A DNA stretch of 64,000 nt from Neodothiora populina (taxonomy: Eukaryota): positions 62,001 through 126,000 of the forward strand of contig NW_027191405.1 of the NCBI RefSeq assembly GCF_041146345.1. Direction: 5' to 3'. Under the pieces are notes generated by a model. The model was given only the letters and a program-made list of their open reading frames with translations, was not told the origin of the DNA and searched no databases. Shown piece by piece: positions 11,979-24,574 of the stretch (its first letter is position 1; each line of letters begins with the position of its first letter). A program made the translations under genes and the position numbers.

Positions 11979-12226
11979 TTACACCTGTGCTGTCGTGTGT
12001 TCATCTGGCTGAGATGTCGAGGTTTTAAATATCCATTCCCGCAACTCCTCAATTTGGTGTATACCTGCTCGACTCTCCATTTCTTCCAAGACCTCACGCA
12101 AGTCTTGCCCTGTTTCTTCGTATTGCTTGTTCGTCTCAGCGAAAAGCTTGTCGGCTTCCAGAACAATTCATCCAGTCAGTGAAAAGTCAAAGTGGAAAGC
12201 TTACCAGCCGTCTCTTGGCTCGACAT
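11979..12226 (-). CDS. Putative spliced ~65-aa acidic microprotein
   Basis: ATG 12226; GTAAGC donor 12204, CTGAC branch point, AAG acceptor 12155; open frame MSSQETAADKLFAETNKQYEE..EWIFK..AQV*. Confidence 0.35.
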
Positions 12227-12912
12227 CGCTACTGATCATAGAACGAGGTACGGTCCTGTAGATGGTTCTTCTATGGGAGATTCAGAAGTCGAGAATACGT
12301 TATCTTGATGCAAAGATAGTGTATCAAGCTAATGCTATACATGGGACCCACCACGTCACCCACGTATCTGGAGAAGATAAGCTGGGGAAAAGTGAAGTCA
12401 TTGGCATAACCCGTCGGAGTAGCCGCTGTCGACGGAGGCCTTCGACGATAAGATTTTGTGTGTCGGTCTCCCCATGAATATACTGCACTGTAGCTTGGCG
12501 ACTTTAGCCCCACATATCTCCTTTTTAGGCCTCTGCAGCCCATAGCTATCATTGGTGGATTGCCTCTTGCAGTGAAAACCCACACTCGACATGTAATATA
12601 CAGTAACCTTGGCCCTTATCATGGACGAGTCCGAGTTAGGGTGTCTTTTCCTTCTGGTCATGGTTTGGCGCAACACAGTGCTACCGCCTGTTACACTCTG
12701 CCAGCGTGACGGGTGTGCTCCACGACAGCACGTCGGGGATTCCGCGTAGTTATCAGAGGAACCCTAGGAACCATGTCGCCCATTTATGGTCTATACAGAC
12801 ACTGTCGCAGCAAACAGAAAAAAGTTCTGATAATCAATTGCACAAGTTGACGATTGCACAGCCAATTTCACTTATGATTCTGTAGATAAGTTATTTTATC
12901 ACATCTCCCATA

Positions 12913-14411
12913 ATGCCTCACTCTGTTCAGGATCAGCTGCTGGAAGAGGATGTCTTCGATCCCAAAGTAAGTCTACCGAGTATCAATTGCCATCACCATT
13001 GCACTGGTTCTAACAACAAGGTAGATCCACCTGAGTTACAAAGAACCCGATAAGAGTTTCACACTTGCAGACCTAGGCTTGGTTCAGCATGAAGACAGCA
13101 CACCGACGGCAGGAACGCTGCCGTTTCCCCTGCTTTCTCGACAGGGTGTTATTGCGTACCGCCGTTCCACCATGAGTCCAGAAGTCATCAAGAAATGTGC
13201 AAGACTTGTTGGCGAAGGAACTTTGGTCATGCGCAATGTTTCCAAATGCTCTAGATTTGTAGCTGATTTCTGGTCTCATCCCGAGACCACCAGAATTGTA
13301 TCCAGTGCTCTTCGTGTTCCTTTGGACGTGATAATGCCTATGGAAATGGGACACACTAACATCCAAGTGACTGGACAAACCGACTTGCTGGAGCAATTGA
13401 GAGTCGAGCCTTCCGTAGAAGCGACGCCCTTGACGGAAGAGGAGAAGAACTATGACCCATTGGGTAGCAACTCAGTCATCCCGTGGCAGTAAATAGCAGT
13501 TGCCCTGATCTGAACATGATCTTTGCTGATTTTGTATCAACCAGCTACGACTCCTACCCGTACGTATGCATTATCATGTTGAGTGATACTACTCACATGC
13601 ACGGAGGATACACTTACATCAAGACCGGCGATGGATCTACACAAAAAGCAAGTCTTCGAGCTGAGCACCAGTCTTCGAATAGCCTTTGCTAATGTTTCGA
13701 AAGATTGAGGGACCAAGTCTGGGAACGGCCGTAGTACTACAAGGCGGACAGGTGGAGCATCTTGCAGCTCGAGCCTTTGGAACTGCTGAGCGGATAACTA
13801 CCATCTCATCGTACAGAGTCAAAGCCATCGGTGCTTGGGACAACAGCTTCATCAGCAATGTCCGCCCGTATGATTCTCTCCCCGAGCTCTACAATGATTG
13901 GTCGCTGTATCGCTTGAAGAAGATGCGCGAGGAGATCGAGGCCATGGAGGCCAAGATTGTGGATGCGCAAAAGCTCGAGCAGAAGTTCCCTCACAGTGAA
14001 GTTGAGGCTCTCTGTGAAAGACTCACAGACTACTCAGCAAGAACGGCCAGACAAATGATTCATCCTCAGATTCGCGACAACATGGTGTCAAAGTTCTCAC
14101 AAGCTGGAGTCGGCAAGGCCCCGAAGTTGTGGGCGAAAGTCAAGGCTTTGCCAGATAGCGCGGACCACATAGCCAATGCGATGGAGAAGACGGAAGCAGA
14201 GATGCCTGAGTTGACCAAGTATATCCTAGACTGGTGCGAGACCAAGGCGAAGATTGAGAGGAACATCCCAGAGACCAGCCAACATGGCCCATTCGCATGG
14301 CCCACTGGAGAGGTCTACTATTTCCCGGATGAGTTGGTCCGACAGGGTCTGAAGGAGGTATTGCTCGACTGGATGGACAGAACTGGCATTCTTGCACTGG
14401 TCCAGGAGTAG
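12913..14411 (+). CDS. Putative Fe(II)/2-oxoglutarate dioxygenase, function unknown
   Basis: Four exons; splicing restores W-H-Y-D-S-Y-P (HxD); distal VEH..ERIT..S motif; third intron is GC-AG (13648-13703). Confidence 0.75.
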
Positions 14412-15281
14412 GCGTATATCTTCATCCAGTTGAACATATATTGAGTCTAGTAGCTCTCGAAATTGATAAGTTGTTGGTCTGCTGATTGGGTTGATCAAGG
14501 TCGTTAGTCATAGGAGTGAGCCTTGACGAATATGCATTGGCGATATCAGTCTATTGAAGTAAATGGCATCCCCGGCCTGGGGGCATATAAAGAAGTGGGA
14601 GCGCGCAGTAAGCACTAGCACGGAGTAGGCAGGCGCGGATGCTTGAGTTGGCGACATCCATACGCACGGACGTAAGTGGAACCTTGATCTGAGTCTCGAC
14701 CAGCTTACCTTACTTCTGACACTTGATCCGCAGGTTTCGTGTTCACAGTGTGAGCCGCATAGCATTCCCTTTGCAATTAGCATATATGTGCAGGCAAGGC
14801 ACTATCTATACGAGTCTAGTGGGATAGGCGTCTTTGCTCGTGCTCAAGAGAGCTCTCGACAATAGCAACACTAGCTACGAGTCCTCGAAGCACAGCAAGG
14901 ACCTCGTGCATCAGTATATTCATTGGCATTCGTTGGCAACCAAGGGCCTTTCCGTACAACCAGATCCATTTCGATCTCATCCTAATACTGCCGCATTTAT
15001 GAAACCCAGCGGAGCTATCAGACTGCCGCGATCGTAGAACATCACTCACGTTTCTGTAATACAGCTGCATGCGTTATCACCTGTATCCTGTGGGGCCAGC
15101 CAAAACGGCTTTTCATCTTGCGTTACTCCTCATTCATGCTCTTCCAGAATACAGTCATCTTTGATTCTCTGTCATATCACTGGGCGATGCTGTACTGCAT
15201 AGGTGTCTCATTTCAGCAGTACCACGACACTTCTTAGCACGACGATGCCCTCGCGATCCTATTCACAAGCATACTCGCATC

Positions 15282-16445
15282 TTGGAGGCTGTAAGGCGGT
15301 CCTCGACCGTCGTCGGCGTGTCTGGCCGCATCTATACATGCTAGAGACTGCTGTATGCTCACCCGAACGATCCAGAGCACGAGATCTTCATAGCATCGTA
15401 AGCTGTTGGTTCTGTTATATTGCGAGTAGGTCGCTGAGAGATCTTGAAACAATTCAGTTCTGGGCAAGATCTATATGTCTTAAAGCCTGTGTCTCCGTCG
15501 ATTTTCGACCTCTTGCAAACAATTAAGGAGTCATTTGGTGACAACCTCCGGCTTCGACTACATGTGGATCACGATAAAGAGCAACAGACTCTCATCTACG
15601 GATACTATACCACCAATCTACTAGGATCAGTAAATAATTACGCTTCTTTATCTATTACAGCAAGAAAGAAAATCCTTTACGAAGTCGGCCGAGCACTAGC
15701 TGACATGCATGCGAAGAATTGGATACACTTAGGTACAAAGTTGCTACTTTTCTGTAGATGAAAAGTCATCCGCTAACTGTCCGTGAAGATGTAAAACCGG
15801 ATAATGTTATGTTAGATTGTTTTATCGATGACAAAGACATCTTCCGGCTTTAGAAAGTAGCATTAAGCGATATAGATTGTGCGCTGCAGCTAATAGAAGG
15901 CAGACCCCTCAACGCTATGATGGGGAACGTTATGTGGCGTAGTCCTGAAGGACAGCTAGGAAGAGGTATCGACAAGTCCTCTGAAGTGTTCTCATTTGGG
16001 CTCCTCGTAAGTAATAATTGTCTACTTGTTGTTACGCGAAATTAGCTAATCATGCTTTTAGTGTTTTTTTGTAATCACCGGCGTAGAATGGCTCCATCCT
16101 GATGTTGATAATCTAGAGGTCGAACCTGAGCCGGTAATATTATTCAAACTACTCACAGCTTTCGGACCCGTACCAGATGCGCTTATCAGACGAGTGAATG
16201 ACGAACGCGGCAGTGCACTCTTGAAGGGATTATGGCAATCAATCGAAGAGGAAAAGCTATATGATCCTTTTAAGCGTTGGGAAGAACAGACCTTTCCCAA
16301 TCTTGATCATGAGGCTAAGAGAGTGATCTCAAGTATGACAAATCTTGACCCTGAGCGAAGGTTGACAATGGCAGAAGTCATGGAAGACCCATACTGGAGC
16401 GACGCCGACGATTACCATGTCGAAGATGTGGAGGAGAGCACATGA
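15282..16445 (+). pseudogene. Ser/Thr protein kinase-like pseudogene
   Basis: Spliced HLDVKPDN, GNVMWRSPE, EVFSFGL, LDPERR; in-frame TAG at 15342 and 15851; 5' end not defined. Confidence 0.8.
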
Positions 16446-17500
16446 TATCCCCGGGAATCATAGCCAGATTCGAACTAGACATGTCGATTCTGGAACATCA
16501 TTCACAGTTCCAAACCCTTCTTCACCCGATGGATGAAGTTTCGACAACACAAACGTAAGCCCAAAGACAGGCAACGTGGAAGAAAGCTTCGATCATGACT
16601 CGGTGTGGTCTACCTTTGAGATCATGAAACATTTGTCCGGAGTCATGATATATAGTCGTGATACTTTTGCCCAGAATAATTATTTTTGACAGGAATGGGA
16701 TGGACGATAGTGCACGAATGATGCTCTTTCGGTTCCTGAGATCTGTGATGGCATCTTCTTGTATGTCAATCACGCAATCGCGGGCGAATCCTTTCAATAT
16801 CTGAATTCATCCGCAACAACTGCAACTCAGCACGACTTTGATCGAAATAACACACATGAGATATTCCAGCCATTGTATTGCTCCAGAAGATCATAATACA
16901 TTAACGAGCCGCGGTACAGGTAGGTTCATTGGCCATCGTTGTATTAATGATGTCTCGTTGTCACGTCATTCGACGCTGTTATGGTGCTCTACACGCTCTA
17001 CTAACATAGATTGCAATCCGCATAAAGTCCAAACACAACATCCACTTCTGGCAGTCGACAAACCATGGACATCAGCGGATCAATAACAATTATGCCTAAA
17101 CAATTCCCAACGACCTAGAAGTGGGCTTTTGATAACAAGATCCAACATTACCTGACTTCTCACTGGTGGGTTAATTATGCTCGTCGAGGCCTCGAGCCAT
17201 GCTGAATACGCAGCCCCACGGATTCACATAAGCTTGACCCTACTGGCACGATGCCGCTTGTGACAGGATTCATACTGTGTCGCGTATCTTGACATTGAGC
17301 TTGTCTGTGTCTACCCTCCGAACGCGAGGAGCGGATGTCGCGCTCAGTCAGTAGACGCAATAAGACGCCAGCAGTGAGGCACATGGCGAACGATCAGTGT
17401 GTGGCAAGCACAGCGAGCAGTATAGGTATGATAAAAACTTACTAGATATGTATTCGAGGATGGCCATAACGATCTCGCCTCTAGGTATTGTCATTTAAGC

Positions 17501-19237
17501 ATGTCGGGCTCGCCAATCGAGGTCAATGCGGCCAAGAAGCACGTCGTTGATCAGAAACAGATTCCGATCAGCAGTGTCGACGACGTTAGCAAGGACTCAC
17601 ACAGTGGCCTTGGACTCGAGCTGGTCGATGAACCGGAGGTTACTGAATCTCACACTCTTTGGCCATGGTCCAGATCAGCAAACCCTCATTATGATCCAGA
17701 TGAGATTGCGACGAAGCGGAGTGTCTTTGATGATCCAGAGTTGGCAAAGTACTACATGCCTCGAGCTGACCACGAGAACATCCATCGATTTGATATCAAT
17801 GAACGATGGACATTCCGCGAAGAGCGTCAAGTTCGTCGAAAGGTCGACTTCAAGATCTTCCTATGGATCCTCGTCATGTTCTTTGGACTGAACCTTGATC
17901 GAGGCAATCTTGGCAATGCCACGGCAGACAACCTTCTGGACGACTTGAACATCAGTACCAACGATTACAACAACGCACAGAATATGTATCGCATCGGGTT
18001 CTTGATCTCTGAGATCCCATCGCAGATGATTGGCAAGAAGCTCGGTCCCGATCGATGGATCCCAGTACAGATCATCTGCTGGAGCCTTGCATCTGGTGGA
18101 CAGTTCTTCATTCACAACCGCGCTGGCTTCTTTGCTTGTCGATTCATGCTTGGCCTGTTCATGGGAGGCTTCATTCCCGATACTGTGCTGTATCTCTCGT
18201 ACTTTTACACCAAGAACGAAATGGGCATCCGACTGGCATTCTTCTGGTTTGTGGACTCGATATCGGGTGTCATTGCTTCATTCATAGCTTACGGCGTTCT
18301 TCACATGCGTGGTGTTACAGGACGAGCAGGATGGCAGTGGATGTTCTTAGTCGAAGCTCTTATCACGTTTGTGATCGGATGCCTGAGCTTTCTCTTTCTC
18401 GTTCCTGGTCCGACTCAAACCAAGACATTTCTCGCCAAGAACGGCTACTTCACAGAGAGAGAAGAAAAGATTCTGGTCAATAGAGTCCTCCGCGATGACC
18501 CATCTAAGGGTGATATGCACAATCGACAAGCGATCTCCCTCAAGATGCTATGGGAGAGTCTCAAGGACTATGATCTCTGGCCCGTCTATGCCATTGGCCT
18601 ACTATTCGAGATTCCCGCGGCTCCACCCAAAGGGTACCTTTCGCTCACTCTCAAGGCTCTAGGCTTCAGCACCTTCGAAACGACGCTTCTCGGAATTCCC
18701 ATCACCGTGTTCGCAGCAGTGAACATGCTATGGATAACCTATCTCACGGACAAATTCCGACAAATTTCCATCATTGGCTTCTTCGTGCAGCTCTGGGTCC
18801 TGCCTCTGCTTATCGTCGAATACACTTCCGCCGGCTCGATTTCACATTGGGCTCAATACGCAGTGCTCTTCTTCTTACTCGGACAGCCCCTGATGCAGGC
18901 CGCTCATGTGGGCTGGTGCTCCCGGCTTAGCAACTCCATCCGCACGAGAGCGGTAGGCGCGGCGCTCTACAATATCACCATTCAGCTGTCCGGTATTGCG
19001 TCGTCGAATATCTATCGATCAGATGATAAGCCACTCTATCACAGGGGCAACAGACAACTTATTGGGGTGAATGTCGCTTGTATGGTAGCATATTTTCTAG
19101 CAAAATTGTACTACGTGTGGAGGAACAAGCAGAAACGGACCAAGTGGAACGAGATGAGCAAGAGCGAGCAAGCAAACTACCTAGAGGAGACTACTGATCA
19201 AGGAAACAAGAGACTGGATTTCTTGTTCGCAAGCTAA
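17501..19237 (+). CDS. MFS anion:cation symporter (allantoate permease family; Soa1/AstA-like sulfonate/sulfate transporter)
   Basis: Intronless 578 aa; LDRGN, EIPSQMIGKKLGPDRWIP, GWQWMFL.E, RVLRDDPSKGDMHNRQ, C-terminal GNKRLDFLF. Confidence 0.85.
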   Translation: MSGSPIEVNAAKKHVVDQKQIPISSVDDVSKDSHSGLGLELVDEPEVTESHTLWPWSRSANPHYDPDEIATKRSVFDDPELAKYYMPRADHENIHRFDINERWTFREERQVRRKVDFKIFLWILVMFFGLNLDRGNLGNATADNLLDDLNISTNDYNNAQNMYRIGFLISEIPSQMIGKKLGPDRWIPVQIICWSLASGGQFFIHNRAGFFACRFMLGLFMGGFIPDTVLYLSYFYTKNEMGIRLAFFWFVDSISGVIASFIAYGVLHMRGVTGRAGWQWMFLVEALITFVIGCLSFLFLVPGPTQTKTFLAKNGYFTEREEKILVNRVLRDDPSKGDMHNRQAISLKMLWESLKDYDLWPVYAIGLLFEIPAAPPKGYLSLTLKALGFSTFETTLLGIPITVFAAVNMLWITYLTDKFRQISIIGFFVQLWVLPLLIVEYTSAGSISHWAQYAVLFFLLGQPLMQAAHVGWCSRLSNSIRTRAVGAALYNITIQLSGIASSNIYRSDDKPLYHRGNRQLIGVNVACMVAYFLAKLYYVWRNKQKRTKWNEMSKSEQANYLEETTDQGNKRLDFLFAS

Positions 19238-19794
19238 ATTGCGGTGTTGTGGGCTATGAGATATTGTATGGAAGTGAACTGGCAGAGCATGGATATTATA
19301 CGGGCAGTGATTGGTAGATAGGTCTAGACGGGCCGTAGAGATGCAGACGAGTTCCATGAACGAGTAGAGTATAAAGTAGCAAATCTCGCGGCGCATATTT
19401 TACCTTCTTGATGAGAAACTTCGCCAATGTCACACCACCAAGATTTTTGCTACATATGGAACAAGCGGCTATGTGACTTGCTCACTTTTTATCCTCCTGT
19501 CAGAGAAGTGGATCCATCGCTACATAGCATCGGCTATGGACACAGATCCACTTATCTGCCCACAGATGCCTGCCCCAGGTGGGGTCGGACAGGTGTGGAC
19601 AGGCTGCAAATCGATTTCCCAACCCTTTGGGAGACTATTTGCAATTATCCCACCAGTCATATCTTCGGGCTCAGATTAATGGATGTACTGACACCATTCT
19701 GTCCCACTATTGCGTTTCGACACGAGGGATTGTGCGCTGATCTGTTCGTTGCATCTCATTTATGGGAAAGCGTGCTACTGCTGAATGTTGTGTC

Positions 19795-19803
19795 ATCTGA
19801 TAA
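19795..19803 (+). promoter_or_regulatory. Extended GATA site ATCTGATAA (matches SreA consensus ATCWGATAA)
   Basis: Exact match about 110 bp upstream of the TauD ATG, just before a TATA-like TTATATAATA. Confidence 0.3.
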
Positions 19804-19911
19804 GTTATATTAGCGCTTCTTGCGATTAGACTAGCTAGCGTTATATAATACGTGAGTATCGTCTTTGTTACCTGCGTTCATAAGGGAAAGGCTTGTTTAC
19901 CTATCAATACG

Positions 19912-21187
19912 ATGGCCATACTTGCTTCGTCACCTGTAGCGCTACCCGAGAAGCCCAAGGGCCTTCCTCATCCCGAGTACGAGACTCCTCGGGGAGTGTC
20001 GCCTCTCGAAAGTGTGCCAAAGGCTGGACTGCAGTACCCAAATTATACACCTTTCAAGCTTCCGAACCTGGTCGAGCAACCCTTTACAGATCGTGCGGCA
20101 GCTTCTGATCCTGCAAAATCGGCGTTGCTGAATGCAGCGAGTAAGGTGATTCACTTGACGCCAGACATTGGGACGGAGCTAGTCGGCCTCCAGATCAAAG
20201 ATCTCACGGATACGCAGAAGAATGAGTTGGGGCGATTAGTGGCTGAGAGAGGCGTTGTCTTCCTGCGTGACCAGGACCTCGACGTCCACGAGCAGATTGA
20301 GTTCGGTGCTTATTATGGGCCGCTGCACATTCATCAGATGGCGGGTATCATACCAGATCTACCATGGGTGCATCCGATCCACAAGGACGAGACGGCAGTC
20401 AATGGCAGGTCACATCAGATTTGGCATTCGGATGTGAGCTATGAGATCCAGCCGCCTGGACTCACGATGCTTCGTATGGATACCTTGCCAAATGCCGGAC
20501 CTGATGGGTCGGAGGTTGGAGGTGATACTATCTGGGCGAGCGGATATGCAGTGTACGAATGTGCGTTTGGTTCGGCTAAATTGTGTTACTTTCATGTGCT
20601 GACTAGACGAAGCACTTTCCCCAAAACTTCGCGAAATCCTTGAGACGCTCGAGGCCAAGCATAGCGGTCTTGCGCAAGCTGAGAAAGCACTCAGGACAAA
20701 CGGCTGCTTGAGGCGTGACCCCATCGAGACCATTGTGAGTACAAGCAATTACAAAGGTCTACATGGTAGCTGATGATCTCTAGCATCCAGTTGTCAGAAC
20801 CCATCCAGTGACTGGTTGGAAGACACTTTACGTGAATCAGAACTTCACCAAGGAGCTGGTCGGTCTAGAAAAACGACTCGGAGACGCGATCCTGGACGAC
20901 TTGTACAGAACGATTGCCGAGTCATACGAGTATCAAGTGCGCTGGAAGTGGTCGAAGAATGCGGTTGCCATCTGGGATAACCGCACGACCTTTCACACTG
21001 GTATCTTCGATTACTGTGAGTTCTTTGCGTGTGCCATTATCGATCGTGCGATAGATCCGATTGCTGATGTGAATCCTTCACAGTTCCCCATCTTCGACAT
21101 GGACTCCGTGTGGCGCCTCAAGCTGAGAAGCCTTACTTTGATCCAGCGTCGAAAACAAGAGCAGAAGCTCTGAATGACAAGGCGTAG
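19912..21187 (+). CDS. TauD/Jlp1-like 2-oxoglutarate-dependent sulfonate dioxygenase
   Basis: Four exons; LTPDIGTE, ERGVVFLRDQ, WHSDVSYE, GGDTIW, HPVVRTHPVTG, AIWDNR..H. Confidence 0.9.
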
Positions 21188-21858
21188 CGGCTTGTTGGCA
21201 GCAAGGGAGACCCATGGTTAGGAATATTTAAATTCTGCCAGACTGGTTGGGAGACCGTCAAAATAGTAGTTTCTTATTAGTAGGATTTCTGTCCTTGTGA
21301 ACAGTCTTGCAATATGAGGCACGACAGAGCATCTTTGTCGTGTTCTCCAAGTTTAAGAATCCTACGAACACGGAACAGTAATTTTCAGAGTGCTTTGATT
21401 ACCAATTGCTGGCTGAGTGCCGATCTTTCAATCCATCTGCAGGAATGACACATGCACCAACTATTCACAAGATCTCGAGGAGACATCTCGCTTCTAGAGC
21501 AGGTCGTCGAAGTATCCTTTGAGCAATAGAGCTCAGCACGAGTCTACGACGGGCAAGGCTGTCGTTGGTGATTTTTTGCACTAACCCCTCGGTTGTCGTT
21601 GTGCGGGTCTCGATATATCATGCTTTTGTCCAATCTACCCGCGTCGTCGTATATTCTTGATTAGGCTACGCCTTGGATCATTTTGTGCCTCCAATATATG
21701 GTGACGTGCTATTGCGAATGCTCCTTCAAATATAAAGATCAACAGAACATTGAGGGGTGCTCAACCACTTGCTTGCCGAAGGTACGCATATAAGAAGAGA
21801 TGCATTCGCCGATACATGACGGTCCCCCCAGGCTCAAGAGGTACCGTGCTAGATCAAT

Positions 21859-23664
21859 ATGTTGCGAACTTCGATCGTTGGAGTCATCCTGTCGGTTCTA
21901 GGCCTCTACCAGACCGAAGCACAGCTTGTTGGACCTGTTGGACCCACAACTCCTTTGTCAAGCAAAAGTCATCTGTGTAACATCGTCGACTATGGCGCGG
22001 TAGCGGACAACTCGACGGATATCTCCGCAGCGCTACATGCGGCATTTGAAATTTGTGTTTTGAAGAATAATGGATCTCGACTCTTGGTGCCGGAAGGAAA
22101 CTTCTTACTCAACCAAAGCGTGGTACTCAGCAATGCCACTACATGGGCTTTCCAGCTCGATGGCTTGATCACCGCAGCTTATGGCGGGAACTGGACGGTC
22201 GAACGTGAGCTTATCCTCCAAGGTTATGCAGGCGTTGATATTCTCAACGACACCATCAATGGTGAAGGTGACAAGAAATTTCTTCTAGATATACTGGTTA
22301 TTGTCAACGGTAAGTACACTTCTTCTCCATCGTAATTGGCCATGCCCGACTAATAGCAAGACTCTAGCTGTCGACTTCGAGTTCTTCTCAAGCAACGGAC
22401 TTGGTGCTATCCAGGGCCAGGGGTATCTATACCGCAATGCAAACAAGTGAGTCGAGCAACGACGCGATGGATATCTCAATTGACGTTTGGGTAGCACCGA
22501 TCGTCCACGAACCTTGAGACTGGTCTCTCCGATCAACGTCGCCGTCCACGATCTTATCCTCGTGGATAGTCCGAAATTTCATTTCGTGCTTGATTTTGGC
22601 ATTAATGCCGAAGTCTACCACTTAACCATTCGTGGAGCAAACCTAGGCAGTTACGATGGTATCGATGCAATTGGTACCAATTATTGGATTCATGACAATG
22701 AGGTGCGGTAGCCTTCGACGAATCCGTGTGCATGGCGTATTGTGACTTACTCACACTTTCGATAGGTCACCAATCGCGACGAATGTGTCTCGGTGAAAAG
22801 CCCATCAAACCATGCATTGGTGGAAAACTTGGTTTGCAACCAGGCCGGCTCTGGAATATCCATAGGAAGTCTGAACGTCTCCGCCGAGATCTCTAACATT
22901 GTAAGTCATGCTCCGTGAATCATGAGAGAGCCCGCTGACGCTGAAATCAACTTCGCAGCACGCAAGAAACATAAGTATCGTCGGCGGCAACAACGTGGCG
23001 TTCATCAAGACGTACCCAGGCGGCTCGGGGTACGTGACCAACATCACCTGGGAGAATTTCCGTTCGAAGAACAGCTTGTATGGTCTTGACATCAACCAGT
23101 ATTGGCAGAATACGTTCGTGCCAGACACCGGCGCAGTAGCGCTGAGTAACTTGTTTTTCAAGAACTTCTCTGGTTGGCATTTCAGCCATACGTGATTGAG
23201 TCAATCACGCTGACAGATCCATAGGTTCCGTTGCCGATGGTGTGAGGAGGCCTCCTCTATATTTCCAAGCGAATGATCTGACATTCGCCCGAAACGTCAC
23301 TGTCGAAGATTTTACGTTATGGACCGAGAACGGAACCAAGATAGTGAACCTGATCATCAACACCTTTGGGGAAGGCGACGATAGTTATGGTAAAGGTGAC
23401 GGGATCAAGGGGCTCGCAGAGGGCGCAACTCCGACAGCATACACGAGTAAATACACAATCACGACCGCACCAACCAATTGGGTCGTGCCGACTTACCCAG
23501 CCTGGGCTGTACCGACAACTGGTTATGGCAGTGAGTTGCATTTACCAGCATTCGAGTTATTGTGATTGACTTTAATAGCCGACAAACCCATTCCAGTATA
23601 CACACCTGCACCACTGTGGAAGCCGACAGGGGATTATGATAAGCACTACTGGGGCTCGTTCTAG
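21859..23664 (+). CDS. Secreted GH28 rhamnogalacturonan hydrolase
   Basis: Signal peptide; GPVGPTT..CNIVDYGAVAD; GSYDGID, NRDECVSVKSP, SIGSL; six introns reconstruct cleanly. Confidence 0.88.
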
Positions 23665-24574
23665 GACTCGAGGACGTTCCGAGATGTGGTGACCAAGTCT
23701 GGTCTGGAAGTGGAAGGATTGGTCCTTGAGCCGAGGCGCGTGGAGTGGGTGGAAGTGGACTGGGTTTCAATGTGGGGACACTGGAGATGTACCACATCCA
23801 ACGTACCAGCATAGAGTCTTTCCAATGTTGAGGACACAGGATATAGTTGGTCTTACGTGAGATTGCCTTGCTCTGTGTCCACTCAAGTAGCCTATATGAC
23901 AGATCGTGCAGCTCAGCACATGCGCTCACCTTGTGACATGACAGGAATAATCGTCCTCTACAGGCTCGATAAATGGTGATTGTCAATGGTCGCACAACGG
24001 ATGTACCTGAATATCTTGGAGTTTGACCCTTTTGGTCGTACGACATTCATCCAATTGGTGGAGAAGTCATACAATGTTCACGCCTCTTCATAGCATTCGT
24101 GAGTGCAACCGCTGCATTCGCGCGCAAGAACGCTCATTCATCATTCGTATGTGTCGGTGACTTCTAACTCGGACTTCAAAGCACACCTCCGCACACAACG
24201 CCAATCATGAGGTCATGTTTCGCTGCACGGTCAAAGACTAAGGTATCTTACCTTATGCAACCATGCCGCAAATGCAAAGGAAGTATGTTCCGAGGCCGAG
24301 AGAGCGGAACATACACAGAGGCAACTTCGTCTATATAATTCGATGCAATGCATGAGTATACTCGCCGTACAATTATTGTTCACGAGTCGGGGCGGGGCAA
24401 GTGGGGGTGGGACAGAAAAAAAGTCCCACTCACAAACACTGGCAAACAGCAAAATCATTATTATGTTTAGAGGATGACAGAAACTTTATTATAAGGTATT
24501 CCCCACTGCCCAGTATCTCTTGCGTAACTATACTCGCTCCTTAGACGTGACTACCGAAAGTACAGCAAAGAACA

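Noticed and set aside
16450..16860. Minus-strand protein-like fragments next to the kinase pseudogene
   Set aside because: Interrupted by stops and no family recognised; cannot be supported as a gene or transposon remnant
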